A stretch of DNA of 63,859 nt, counting the filler, from Olpidium bornovanus S191 (Eukaryota > Fungi > Olpidiomycota), in assembly GCA_017911155.1 (NCBI GenBank). It is 29 parts of 29 records of this genome, joined end to end, with 100 filler letters (N's around TTAATTAATTAA, not from the genome) between each part and the next. Parts side by side here need not be neighbours in the genome. Positions count along the whole stretch, not along the records: positions 45,578 to 46,909 come from JAEFCI010006487.1; positions 47,010 to 49,149 come from JAEFCI010006455.1; positions 49,250 to 50,667 come from JAEFCI010002299.1; positions 50,768 to 52,318 come from JAEFCI010010025.1; positions 52,419 to 56,174 come from JAEFCI010007130.1; positions 56,275 to 58,694 come from JAEFCI010009621.1; 23 more parts are not named here. One strand, 5' to 3'. Both the position numbers and the translations under genes were made by a program. Shown here in pieces: positions 45,613-58,104 of this stretch. Position 1 is the first letter of the stretch, and the number at the start of each line of letters is the position of its first letter. The notes under the pieces were generated by a model. That model was not told where the DNA came from. It saw only the letters and a list, made by a program, of their open reading frames with translations, and searched no databases.

Positions 45613-48441
45613 CAACAAGCCACCAACGGGAGACAGGGCCAAGCGGCGAGACGCCCCTCCAACTCGTCAGCGCCCGCTCCGCAGAAGTCCCCGCTCCGAC
45701 CGCGCGCGCAAAGGACCGCGCGAGGGATGGGAACGGGAACCCGTTTGCTGGGGGTATGGCTGGCAGTGAAGAGCGGAGTCTTTAACGTCAGCCTGTACGC
45801 TGCGCGGAAGTTACGCGGTCTTTCGCCGGAAAGGGACGCGGCCGTAACCACCCCTTTGCCGCAAATCCGCACCGCGGGCCGTTTCTGACCGCCTTTCGAA
45901 CAGACGCGTAGAGGGCACTCGGTAGGAGCTACCCGGTGCTCACGGTGAGCAAGGTACGCAGAGGGAGAAAACTGGCGGGCTCGTCCAGCCTTGCGACGAG
46001 ATGACAGTACCTGCATTTTGTTTGACTTGACAGTTCCCCTGCTCCTTACCGTCAGTACACCTCTTCCTTCTTTTTTCCCGTTGAATCCGACGCCAGCTTA
46101 AAGTGCTGGACAATTGGCTCGCCTGTCAATGGTGCCGGCCGGCGTGGCCTCAGTTTTTAGGGATCTAAAGACTAAATAAACCTCTGGATAATTCTTGCGG
46201 CAATCGGCGCGATCGGCATTTTGCCATCACGCCGATCCGCCTTCTCGGCTTTTTCAGCCATCACGATCGACGTGCCGTCGTTGATTTTGACAATCCTGGC
46301 GCTGCCCCTAGGTAGAATCTTGTCGGCGATTGAGACTCAACAGCATTTACCTCTGCCTGTTTGGCATTTGCACCTGCAAGATTGGAAACCTCCAACGACC
46401 TCCACTGGAGCTGCATTACAGGAGCGGCCTCACGCAGATTGAAAAATATTACTATGAAATAATTTCAACACCACTGATGTTGTCCCCTCAGGTCCAGCTT
46501 GACCTATTTCCTAAGCAAAAGCTCCTTCCCCTCCTCTTCCACCACCGCGGCCGCTGCCCGTGGATGGACGCTGGGGGATTCCGCCATACCATCGGTGGGC
46601 CTGTCACCGCTGACGACGCCGCGAGGCCCGCCACTCTTTAAACAGTGTCCGGATTCCCGGACACCCGTCCTTGGGGCTATCGGGAGCCCAGCCTCTTCCT
46701 TATCCTCCGGGTTCTCTGTAGCCTGTGCAGCGGCGGCCCGACGAACACCCTGGTCGCAGGTCGGCACCGGCGCCATCTTGGACTGGGGGCATGTAGGGGC
46801 GGCTTTTACGGCAACAGCAGCGCTCTTCAAGCTCGAACGGGCAGAGCGGATCCGCCTTTACAACCTCTCGGCAGTGCACTTTTCGCTTGTGTGTGTTATG
46901 ATAACATGTNNNNNNNNNNNNNNNNNNNNNNNNNNNNNNNNNNNNNNNNNNNNTTAATTAATTAANNNNNNNNNNNNNNNNNNNNNNNNNNNNNNNNNNN
47001 NNNNNNNNNCATGAATGAATGGATACGTTTGTCCCGTCAGGTTAATAGGAGTACCTTCTGCCTTTCCAGGGGGCGAAAAACAGTTTTGTTGGCCGATTTA
47101 AGATGCTTGGTACACCTGGACGAAGCGGTTGACACTTCAGGCGCGTTGATCAGCACAGAAAGACACCACTCTCGTGTTTGACCGTCGCAGTGACCGGACT
47201 GAAGGTGAATGTCATTCGTCAACTAAGCGCTTCCTGAAAAACGCGTAAGGGCTGCGGACCCGTGAAAACGAGGACCAGCGGAATCGCTACGGCGAAACTG
47301 CTGGCAAGGACAGCGCGCGCGCCCGCCTCTTGAAGCTGAAAGCATCTCATACGGCACTACCACAGCTATAATGTTGCCGGGCGGCACAACGGTGAAACAG
47401 GGGATCGGGTCTGTCGGAAAGATGGGGCGACATTATTTCGCCAAAAGAGCAGGTCGGACGGACAGGTTGCGGGTTACGGCGACCTGAAAAGGCAGAACGA
47501 GCCGAGTGGAAATCGCTGGCCGCAAAGGACGCTCGGCGAGGGCTTCAAATACTTTTCCTCGGGCGGGATAACCTGAGACTGCACAAGCTATGACAAGCAT
47601 CACCAGGCGCCTGATGTAGAGTAGAAGTTGCGTGCAGCAAACGAGCCAATTATTGCTGCGTTCATATCAAGCCCAGGCCCATTTAGGTGGGCGACGGCCA
47701 TTGAATTTAACCTACCAATTTGTATAACAAAATGTACCCGCGCCGTTTAACGTTGGCCAACCTGAAAGCAAACCGCATCTGGAATGTAAAGTAGCCGTTT
47801 TGCGCCTCCCGTGCTGCTTGGATACTCAGTTGAAACATATTTGGCGCTAGGATCAAGTCAAAGGGCATAGAGTTCTTTCCTTTGTGTCTCAAATACAGAG
47901 TGCATTCCACCCGTACGAGCGGAATTTTCCAAAAACGCCACGTCGAATCAACGCAAAATGCTCTGGGCACCATTAAGAACGAATATGGTTGAACAGACCC
48001 GCTTGTTCGAATTCAGCCGGAACGAAGCGGAATTCTGGTGGCGCCGTTCATGACGCCGTTTGCGGCGTTCGCTCCCCTCTGGCCAACCGGAAGAAAGCGC
48101 CGCCGACCGTTGTTTGTCAGAACGTTCTTTCTTTCATTTCGTCGTTGTCCGCGATCGTAGAGAGACCCGTCGTTTTCGCGGAACTCGGAATAGCGGAGGG
48201 AACCCTCGGAAAAGATAAAGCGGGGTCGGCAACGCACGGCCGAATAGGGAGCCTGTCGAACCGTGCGCTTGCAGGATCCGGCTCCAGGCGTTTACTATGA
48301 GCGACACGTTCTCTCCTCCCTTTGCCCTTTTCCCTTTCCCAACCCCCGTACCGCAACCGAAAGCGAACTGTCATGCGTTTTTCTCGACCTGCGCTCCCAG
48401 CTTAAGTGTCCGATAAAATGTTCGTTGCCCCTGGGGACATC

Positions 48442-49118
48442 ATGTCCACCGCCTTAATCATTGTGGCCTTCGGCTTGCCCGCCGCTGCCAACTCCGCGCA
48501 GCTACCCCGCCGCCGTGAGGCATCAGAGTCTCAGTTGAGCGCAATCTTGCCAGATGGTGGTAAAGTGGCATATACCCGGGCGGGGACGGAAAGGGAGGGG
48601 GATAATGTGTTTTTGACAAAAAGTGACCGGGAAAGCAGGCTGGGCTCACTGCCCGCCCGTCACCGACTTCCAGCGCCGCAGCCATTTGAGTGTCGCCCGC
48701 CGTGCTCCACCGCCGGCGCCTGCGTCCTCAACGGCACCTCCTCCTTGGCGCACTGCGCCTGCCGCCCCGGATTCGGCGGGTCCGCCTGCGAGCAGTGCCT
48801 TCCGGGCTTTTTCGGACGAGACTGCACGCGTGCGTGATGGTGGCGCGAGGGGGTTGTCAGCGGGAGTTTTAATTTTTTGCCCGGAAAAGAAAAAATAAAA
48901 ATAAAATAAAAATTAAGAAAAAAAACCACCGACCATCGCCGCAGCGTGCCAGACCAAGTGCAACCCGACGAACGACGCAAACGCGCACTTCGAATGCGAC
49001 GACGGGATAGGGAGCACCGGGGACTGCCGCTGCGTCAGGGCCTACGCGGGAGAACGCTGCGACAAGTGTGCCGCCGGATACGTAGGCACCAGGCCTGCCG
49101 GAATTTTGGTCTGCGAAG
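48442..49118 (+). CDS. Probably secreted EGF/laminin-EGF-repeat protein (stabilin/fasciclin-EGF-like N-terminus); 3' truncated, first exon uncertain
   Basis: CRPPCSTAGACVLNGTSSLAHCACRPGFGGSACEQCLPGFFGRDCT|PCQTKC...CDDGIGSTGDCRCVRAYAGERCDKCAAGYVG. Hydrophobic MSTALIIVAFGLPAAANS lies upstream. Confidence 0.7.
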
Positions 49119-49249
49119 GTGAGCCCAGCAGCAGACACGGCCTACATGANNNNNNNNNNNNNNNNNNNNNNNNNNNNNNNNNNNNNNNNNNNNTTAATTA
49201 ATTAANNNNNNNNNNNNNNNNNNNNNNNNNNNNNNNNNNNNNNNNNNNN

Positions 49250-50389
49250 ACCTGGGCGAAAGCGAAGCTCAAGTTGATGAGGGTCCACGCAATGATGCCA
49301 GGGCGCCCGTTGTGAAAGAGCTTGAAGTCCCAAAGCTCGCCGAAGCGCGGGTTGAATTCCACGCCCATGAAGACGTCATAAACTACGCTGCCGGAGAACT
49401 TCCGGTCCTCGGGATGGGAAGGGAACAGGTGCGCTTTGGCGTAAACGAAGAATGTGAGGAAGTAGCCGTAAACGTTGGTGGCGACCAGTAGGGCGCCCCA
49501 GTTGTCGTGGATGATGGAGCCCGGATACAGCTTGAAGAGCAGGCAGCCAGCAAGGAAAAACGTGAGGCTTACGGTCCAGGCGAGCAAGCCGTTGACCTGT
49601 CAAACCAGAAGCCGCGAAGTGCACTTAAGGATACGATGTGTACGCTCCATTAAATGGTCTCGACTGTCGATATCCTGAGCACGCACTTTGTATGGAAGGA
49701 TGTGCCCGGCAGGAGTCCGCTGTCCGTACCCAATTACCGCAGGCAGGAAAGCGTAGCAAAGACCTTGGAACACCAGCCAGCCGGCGTAGAGGACGAATCC
49801 GTACAGGGTAGGCCGCGGAAGCTCGTCCTCAGCAAACCCCACGAGCGCCTCTTTGAGAGAGTTCGTAAGAATGTACCGCAATTGCAGGTCGTGGAAAGGC
49901 CCGAGAAGGGCGCAACGGTAGCTATTGCAGGAGACCCAGAAATACACGACCATCAACGGGCACAGAAGGAAAATGGCGGAGCATCCCAAGACCGTGAGGT
50001 TGGAGATATCTGGAGGTGACACGTGGGAAAAGTGATTCGCGAGGCCGCGGCGGTCGGTACAGCCGCTCTCAAGCGCAGGCGAATTTCGCACACTGTCTAC
50101 TGCCCGTTTCGGCTGTCATCTGAAAAATGGCCAACCATCCTGTACAGGTGTGATGGCACCGCCGCCGGGGCGGGTTCGCGGTGCGGGCGCCATGCGCGCG
50201 GCAGAGGGGGAAAAAGCGCCCGCCGCGTTTCGGGTGAAAAGCCAAGCAACTCGCACCTTTGTCTCTGCCCCACGTCGGTGTGATCTGAGGCTTCTTCGCC
50301 CGGATGCTGTCCGGTTTCGGAGGGACGCGCGGCGGGACGGCGGCCTCCGCGCGGCGCTGGCGCGCGTCTCGTTCTCCGAGAATTGACAT
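49250..50389 (-). CDS. DHCR7: 7-dehydrocholesterol (sterol Delta-7) reductase; 3' truncated
   Basis: GYGQRTPAGHILPYKVNGLLAW...IIHDNWGALL..NVYGY...[60 protein letters not shown] closely follows animal/plant DHCR7 (TPAG..[45 protein letters not shown]). Confidence 0.85.
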
Positions 50390-51277
50390 GGCGGCGGGCA
50401 ACCGCCGCCGGGGAAGTTTTTTTCCGGCGTCTCCCGGTTCCCACCCGGGCTTTTGGTTGTTTCCGTCACGCGCAAACACGCGAGCCGCCGGTTTTTTTTT
50501 TTTTTTTTTTTTTTTATGGAAAACGGTTGGAAAAACAAAAAAAAAAAAACATGTCACGTATGAGTCGTTTTATTCTGGATTTCTTCGCCTAACCGGTTTC
50601 AGCAGCCGCTAACCGGTTCGACGCGCATATTGGCAAAAATTCAATGTCCCTCCGCGTCGATATGGTANNNNNNNNNNNNNNNNNNNNNNNNNNNNNNNNN
50701 NNNNNNNNNNNTTAATTAATTAANNNNNNNNNNNNNNNNNNNNNNNNNNNNNNNNNNNNNNNNNNNNCATGCCGCCGTCCGTCGCACCTCCTCTCCCAGC
50801 GGGGTTAAAATGCGCAGTCACCCAATAAGTGGAAAGCCGCGGAACCTGTGCGAAACACCCCGTCGTCTTCGGCCTTCTATGAGCGCACCGCCGCGCTTCC
50901 CAAATATCGCCGTCTTCGGCCTTCCGAACGCCCCGCCGCGCTTCCCCACCGCGCATCACCAAAACACGACCAGACAATGGGGAAGGCTGTCGCTGTGGCG
51001 TGCGGCATACTTGGAAAGGTCCATGGTGGCGCAGCGAGTGACCGGAAACGGCGGAGATGGCGCGGCGAGCGGCCGAAGGCGGCGGAGGCGGCGCGGCGAG
51101 CGGCCGGAGGCGGCGGAGAGCGACCGGAGGCGGCGTAGATGGCGCGGCGAGCAACCGGAGGCGGCAAGCAAGCTTTTGTTGTGGTGTTCGGGTAAGGGCG
51201 AAGCACGAATTCGCCTGTGGGTGCACTCCCCGGGGGGAAGGGTTTCTATACCCCCCCCCCCCCCCCCCGGGGAAGCC

Positions 51278-51349
51278 GTCCAGCCCACCGGGGCCGGCGC
51301 TTCGATGTGCCCTGTCCAGCCCACCGGGGCGGGCGCTTCGATGGGCACA
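51278..51349. repeat. 36-bp imperfect tandem duplication within a GC-rich degenerate repeat zone (about 50860-51350)
   Basis: gtccagcccaccggggccggcgcttcgatgtgccct followed by gtccagcccaccggggcgggcgcttcgatgggcaca. Confidence 0.85.
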
Positions 51350-52042
51350 TCGAAGCGAAGTCGTTACAGGCGCTACAGAGAGCGCATGGGTATAAAGTTG
51401 GTACGGGCGATATGGGCGCTACAGAGAGCGCGTCGGTTGTCACCAGCCAATCCCTTGAAGAGCATTTCAACGGGCTCTTCAAGGAAAAGCGTGTAAGGTA
51501 TGGTGTCAAGACAACGTGTGTTGAGACGACAGGCAGCACTACCTCTACGTTTAACCTTCGCTACGCAGTGCGTCCCCCACCATATTACTCAAAACATCAC
51601 TCACTACGATGACGAAATGCCGCACCGTGTTTGGTTCCCGGGCCGCAAAGGGCCACGTTGGCACGCTGCATTCATACATGGATGCCTGCAATGAACTGTC
51701 GACTTCTGAGGACAGCGCAATCAACCGTGTGGCCGGAGAGGAGTGTAAGGAGCAGGAGGTTATCGAGAGGCAGTCAAAAGAAGTTCGCGTTCTTTTATTG
51801 TGTATGAGAGTTTGTGAGGGGAGAGATAGAGAAGAGCACAGCGCTGGGCGTAATAACTCCTAATCAATTAATTATAAGTCGCCCTCTCGGACAGTGCGTG
51901 CGTAAAAGGGAAAGAACATAAAGAGAATGGAGCGGAAACATGAGTGAGGAGAGGGGGAATATATTGAGAAAACTAAAATCGCCCTCTCATGAAAATGGAA
52001 GGTAAAATACCGCGAGGGGTGAATTGCAAAAATCGTTACATG

Positions 52043-52318
52043 CTACGCTGGAATGGGTTCAACGTCAAGCTCAACACGACAGGCCTCAAAACGTGGGCGA
52101 GGAAGCGCTTTCGTTAAAGTGTCGGCAGTATTAGAGGTACCGGGCACATGCATGAGGTGAATGATCCTGTCGCCGACGCCTTGATGGATGAAATGGGCAT
52201 GAACGTCGATATGCTTCGTTTGCTGTGTTGGGACAGCTGCAGCAAGTCCCAAGGCGCCAGCACTGTCAGTACATATAGGAATTGGGGAGTCCGGCGAGAG
52301 GATGCCGAACTCGATGGC
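52043..52318 (-). mobile_element. Ty1/copia pol C-terminus (RNase H end), degenerate
   Basis: PTQQTKHIDVHAHFIHQGVGDRIIHLMHVPGTSNTADTLTKALPRPRFEACRVEL*. Confidence 0.9.
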
Positions 52319-52481
52319 NNNNNNNNNNNNNNNNNNNNNNNNNNNNNNNNNNNNNNNNNNNNTTAATTAATTAANNNNNNNNNNNNNNNNNNNNNNNNNN
52401 NNNNNNNNNNNNNNNNNNAGCAGCTGCAAGACTCCTAGAGTTTCCTCGGATAAATCTCGCTGAAATTTCTACAAATTATTT

Positions 52482-52545
52482 GAGGATATAACTTAACCGA
52501 ATTCATATATGGGCAGGATAAAACTTGGCCGAATTCATGTATGGG
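52482..52545. repeat. 32-bp imperfect tandem duplication
   Basis: gaggatataacttaaccgaattcatatatggg followed by caggataaaacttggccgaattcatgtatggg. Confidence 0.8.
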
Positions 52546-55354
52546 CAGTTTTTTTTTAGCGACCCAGATTCAATGCATGTGTTCTCTTTGAGTACAGCCT
52601 GGTTTATGAAAAGTAAAGCAGACCTTTTATGCGAAAAGCTCCGCACCGGTCGGCGGCTGCGGTTCCGGACTCGGTCAAAGGGGCTCTCTTGGGCTTCTAT
52701 TGTACTTTGCCAAATCCACGCTCGCACTTTGTGTTCACGGATCGCCTCAATTTCGTCTTGCTCAGCTTGCTCTGTAGCTCGAGCGCATGCACAACCTCCT
52801 CCCGCAGTACCGGGTGTTCAAGCGGCACCGAGCTTAATTATCCTTCGTTTGGCTGACCTTCTTCTCCGACGTGATCGTCGGCACGCCGTCGAGTCTGGCC
52901 CCCTTTCCACCTGCTCGCGATACCGGCACCGTCGCTTTCGCGGTGCCGTCACCGATCACAGCTGCGATTCCCGATATTTCCCCCCCCCGTGCGGCTTTAA
53001 TGCGGCGATACGCGTCTGCTGGTAGCTCTGCAGCCACAGGCCGAACTTCTTTACCACCATTTTTTACATCGTTGAAACTTTAAAGAACTCAATTCGGTTT
53101 TTGCCGAAATGGCAGCCATTTGAATCGAATAACAAAATTTTTCCTGCAGTGCTTTGCAGTCCTAAAGGCAACAAAATCTCCTTACCTCTCCATGATTTGC
53201 TCACATGGCATGTAACAAAACTACATGCAGATTTTCTTCAGCTATTTCAAAATCAACGCCTGAAACTTTGTCAGTCGGTTTCAATATTTCCTTCGCCCAG
53301 CGCGCACCTACACTTGTTTCCACCATGTGCATTTGGGGCTCATTGTACGGCCAACGGTAAAATCATCACATTTACTCCGCCGGGATCTGGCAGAAATTGC
53401 GCTGCACTGGGGATATGAAGGTTTTGCTTTTCCATGAAACCCCTCTCAGCATTACAGACTGTAAGATCCTCCTCGGCCGATCCCCCCTCCACCCGTGCTT
53501 CTCGGCGTGCCCCTTCCGGGACGCGTAAATGGCCCTAATTTATCACGTAGTGGTGATGATTCATTTCCGACACATGGCACTTCCAGGATATTCCGCCCAT
53601 CAGCAGATCGAATCGTTGCTGCCTCAGAACCATCAGAATTGCACTTCAGCTCATTCCGTATTTGGGTTCGCCAGTTCTGGCTGAGGAAAATGTCATGGAT
53701 ATATTCTCCTGGACAAACTTGGGTAGCGATGTCGCCGGCGATCAATTCCACTCTTAAACATGCCGCCTTCAACAGCGCAGAACCGGTAGCTTTCTGGTGA
53801 GACAGCGACATGGTCGTCGTCGTGGCCGTCATTGAAAGGCAGGAAGGGCGGAGCAAGGCAGAGCAATGCGGAGCAAAGTGTGGTTTGTTTCGGTCTAGTA
53901 AAGGTCGGCGTGAATTCACCCGTGGGCACACCGGCCTGGAAGGGTTATGCCCCGGGGGGGTCGCCCAGCCAACGGGCGAGGGGCTTATCGAAGAGCACAT
54001 CAGAGAGCATGCCAATGGGTACATCTGCAAGCGCACTGGCAAACGTGGCAGCGGCCGGACCGTTGACGGTGACCGGACCGGCGATCGCGCCGGAGGTCCG
54101 ACCGTCGAAGACGCCGGCGCTTACCGGTGCACCGACGAGCACATAGAGGAACATTTTGAAGAGTGGTGGTTGATATTTTCAGGCTCGGATTAACAACGAC
54201 AACGACCTCGGGCGTATAGGCAGGTCATGTGGGGGAAGAGGCGGAAGATGCGACAGGACAAAAAGGAAGATAGCGGTGCGGACACACGAGGGAACAGGCA
54301 GGAAATAACGTGCAGTTTCACGGAGGAAGCAAGACGCGCAGACGAAATAACGCGTGGAATGCGGAGGGGAAGAATTAACTGAGAAGCGTGGGCCTCGAGA
54401 AACGAGCAATGCCGAGGCGGCCTGCGGGGCAAAAAGAGTCTTGCTCCCCCTTGATCGTTTCTAGTCCCCCCCCCCCCTCCGAAAGTAGAAGACCCCAGAG
54501 TAGCGAGCATTTTTGAGGAGTACGTCGATGCGGTGCGACGAGTCGTCGCGGACCCCTGTGAAGAGAGTGAATCCCGAAAGCGAGCTTAAGGGGAAACACT
54601 ACGTGATCCGCGACGATCTCTTCTTCTACGCAAAACTGGGAAGCCTTAAATACCTGTAATTCTTGTGTTTGATTTCAAAGGGACTGACAAAGTTTGACGT
54701 CGCACTAGCTCAAAGAACACTTACCTTGCTTCTTGCGTAACCAATTGCATTGCGGTTTCATTATACAATAATATTATTTTAAATATCTACAAGCTCATAG
54801 TTGCACGCTGTTCCGGTTGATGAATTCTACGCAGCTCTTGGTTAACTGGTTCAGTTAATGAAAAAATATCATAGTTCTTGGTCTGAAGAGGTTCTTCGTT
54901 CCGCTATTTCAGGCAACAACTGTTTTGTCGGACTTGAAGCGCGTGACGGCACCTGCTGGTGAGGGGTCCGCACGTGGCGAACTTTCTTCGGGCGGAGGCT
55001 GGGGCGGATAATTTTAGGGCGTGAGTTTTGATCCTTTTTTTTTTTTTTTTTTTTTTTGTTTATCCGTGTTTTTTTCGGGAAGCCAGAGGCCGGCCAACCG
55101 CCCCCCCCCCCCGCGCCCCTTCGCCGCCCCCCCTCCCCCCCATTGGGCTCCTCCCGCTTTGGCTTTCCACCCGCGCGGGCTGTGGTCCGCTGCCTCTTCC
55201 CTGCCGAGGTTGATAAACCCGCTGCGGGTCACGCTGTCCGCGAGCGCCACGTTCCGCGTCGGCAAAAACGGTCATGGCAGCCCTACCGGAAGCAGGGAGC
55301 GCTGCGGGGTGGAGAGAAGGCGGACTGCAGAGGAGGCCGTCCAAGGCGGCAGAG

Positions 55355-56130
55355 ATGTCCATCGACGCCCTGAGGAGCCGTTTCGCGGCGGTTGCCCTCA
55401 CGCGTGACCTTGATATTGCGGAAATCCAGCGTGTCCGTCCGGAGGCGGCCGAGAAGAAGCTGCTTGTTGCTAACAGGGGGGTGCGTACACACGACCGGCA
55501 TGGCTAGCAATACGCGGACGGCGGGCTCTCGAGGATGTTCTTGCGGGTCGTGGAGGATCGGCAGCCACACGACGAGCCGCGTGTTCAAGCAATCGGCGGC
55601 GGCTGCCCAAGCGGTGTACGGCGCAGCAGTGAGGGAGCTGTCACGACAGTCCGGTCGGAGTACAGCGGCCGCCCAATAATCGCAGTGCGATTTGGCCTTG
55701 CGCGGGAAGCTCGTAAAGCAATAAAGTTTTGGTTCCCCAATTCGACGTTGACAACGTTGTCTCGTGCAACGCTTTTCAATTCCACAGGAAATCGCAATCC
55801 GTGTCTTTCGTACTGCCCACGAGCTCGGGATCCGCACCATAGGCGTATATTCGCACGAAGACCGCCTCTCAATGCACGTATACAAGGCAGACGAGGCCTA
55901 CCAGATCGGTAGCCCGGGGCAATTCTCGCCCGTGAGCGCGTACCTTGCCATGGACGAGATTGTCAGGATTGCGAAGCAGAGAGGCGCTACGTTTATACAC
56001 CCAGGGGACGGTTTCCTCAGCGAGAACGCCGAGTTCGCGAGGAAAGTTGAGGCAGCAGGACTGAGTTTTGTTGGGCCCACATCCGAGACCATCGGCCTGC
56101 TTGGGGACAAGACGAGCGCGAGGAAAATTG
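55355..56130 (+). CDS. PYC: Pyruvate carboxylase, first two exons (biotin carboxylase N-terminus); 3' truncated
   Basis: KKLLVANRG|EIAIRVFRTAHELGIRTIGVYSHEDRLSMHVYKADEAYQIG...AYLAMDEIVRIAK...HPGDGFLSENAEFARKVEAAGLSFVGP...LGDKTSAR. Confidence 0.93.
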
Positions 56131-56287
56131 GTACGGAGAATTTGAGACGAACGGCCTTGTTCGGTTAAAACATGNNNNNNNNNNNNNNNNNNNNNNNNNN
56201 NNNNNNNNNNNNNNNNNNTTAATTAATTAANNNNNNNNNNNNNNNNNNNNNNNNNNNNNNNNNNNNNNNNNNNNGGGGCCGGGGGAG

Positions 56288-56320
<33 letters not shown>

Positions 56321-56458
56321 CTGAGGCTCCCCCCGCTCCCTCCGCCGCCCCCCCCCCCGCCCGCGCCCCCCTTCTCGTTCGTCCGCCCGCTCGTCCATCG
56401 CCGTCGCCCCCTGCTCTCCACGACGACGACGACGACGACGACGACCACGCTTCATCAC

Positions 56459-57226
56459 ATGCTCCGCCGCCTCCCCCCGCCCGTCCGCGCCCTCGCCGAG
56501 GAGACCGCCGTCGCCCTGCGCGATCCCGACCTGCCGCCGGCCCTCCTGGGCGTCGCCCTCGCCCTGGCCGCGTGCCTCGGCCTGCTGTGCCTGCGCCGCG
56601 CCCTCCGCCCCGCGCCGCCGTCGCTCGCCATCCCCCCGCCGCTGCCGTCTCCCGTCACCGCTCCGCGCCGGCGCTCGTCGCCCGACTTCTTCTGGCCGGC
56701 GCCGCGCGCGTCCACGCCGGGAGGTCCCTCCGAGGTCACGCCGCTGGTGCGCTCGGACGCCGTCTCCGCGTCTTCCCCCTCCCCCTCATCTTCCTCGTCC
56801 TCGTCCTCTTCCTTGGCGTCCGCCTCCGCATCCCCCCCTGCCGCCGCCGCCGCCGCCGCCCGGAACGGCTCGCCCGGAGGAGAGGGAAAACGAGGACGCG
56901 GAGGAGAAGCGGGAGCGGACGGCGGGCGAGGAGGAGCAGGAGGAGGAGGAGGAGGAGGAGGAGAACGGGGAGGAGAACGGGGAGGACGCGGAGTCGCCCT
57001 GAGCAGCTACCGGACGTCCTACGACCCGCTGGGCTCGTTCTGGAGCACCACGTCCAGCGTCGGCGTCAACGTCAACACGTGCGAGAGCCACCGGTGCGAC
57101 GGCCCCGACTGGCGCGAGGTGCTCGACCGGCGGGAGCGCGAGCGGAGCACCCGCGCGGAGCTGCTGCTGAGGTACGCCCGCGAGCAGGCCTCACCCGCGG
57201 CCGCGCCATCGCCGCCGACGACCTGA
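56459..57226 (+). CDS. Hypothetical protein with one N-terminal TM helix and Ser/Gly-rich low complexity
   Basis: Intact 255-codon ORF with GC3-rich codons. Hydrophobic ALLGVALALAACLGLLCL. Higher-complexity C-terminal block SYDPLGSFWSTTSSVGVNVNTCESHRCDGPDWREVL. Confidence 0.5.
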   Translation: MLRRLPPPVRALAEETAVALRDPDLPPALLGVALALAACLGLLCLRRALRPAPPSLAIPPPLPSPVTAPRRRSSPDFFWPAPRASTPGGPSEVTPLVRSDAVSASSPSPSSSSSSSSSLASASASPPAAAAAAARNGSPGGEGKRGRGGEAGADGGRGGAGGGGGGGGERGGERGGRGVALSSYRTSYDPLGSFWSTTSSVGVNVNTCESHRCDGPDWREVLDRRERERSTRAELLLRYAREQASPAAAPSPPTT

Positions 57227-58071
57227 GGGGTCCCGGAACGCGCGCCGCCCCCGCCCCGCCTCCGCCCCGAGGGGTTGAGACTTCTTCGACGGCGGCGGGA
57301 AAGATTCGTTACGCGCCTCCCCCCGCCGGTCGAGATACTCTGGGGCGCTGGAGATTTTCAGAACGCACGCGAAAAAAAACGGCGGTCACCCCACGCCGAG
57401 AGCGGGGAGCGAAGGATCCTCTCCCCCGCCCCAGTATTTTATTCCCTCTCCGTTCCGGCCGGCAAAACACTTGCCCTGCTTCTAATAGACGCACCGAAAA
57501 CCAACCCCTGCCGGCCCCCTCCCAGCACCACCTTTTTTTTCCGCCTCCTTTCCGGCAGCCGTCAAAAAGTCCTAATTTATTTTCCTGCTCTTCGGTGCCC
57601 GTTTGCTTCCCTGACGATGGCGGCAATTTCGAAGAAGGCTGTTTTGACATTTTGGTTTGCGCCCGCGATGTATGTATTACATATATATATATCTGAGAAC
57701 AAGTTGCGACATCACTTGGCCCTTTCTGCGTCGATTTTTTTTTGCGCGAGGGCGGGAGGAAAGAGGAAGGGGATCTCGCGCGTGGGTGGGGGGGAGGGAA
57801 GGAAAGGGGGAAGGCTGTGGCGTTTTAGTGGTCGCAAAAAATGGCGGGCGTTACGCGGCTGTGCGTCGTGTGAGGGGCCGTGCGAGGCGGGGTAGCAATG
57901 GTTTTAGGTGCGTGCGTGCGTTCTGGGTCTTGTACAAGGTGTTGGAAGAATTACAAGGGGGAAAAACGAGAGGGGTGCGTGCGGGGAGGGGAGGGAGGGA
58001 TCGGGTCGGAGCAGTCGTTTGACTGGGAAAGGGGAGAAGTCTGCGCGACCCAGGCGAGGAGGCCAAAAACA

Positions 58072-58104
<33 letters not shown>

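Noticed and set aside
51740-52042. Possible 3' LTR after the copia RNase H (TATA-like and AATAAA motifs on the minus strand)
   Set aside because: No polypurine tract follows the stop codon and there is no second LTR to compare. A CATG sits exactly at the junction (52039-52042), so a chimeric join cannot be excluded.
52419-54950. Several 100-200 aa ORFs upstream of pyruvate carboxylase
   Set aside because: No recognisable domain or consistent splice structure, so there is not enough support to call genes.
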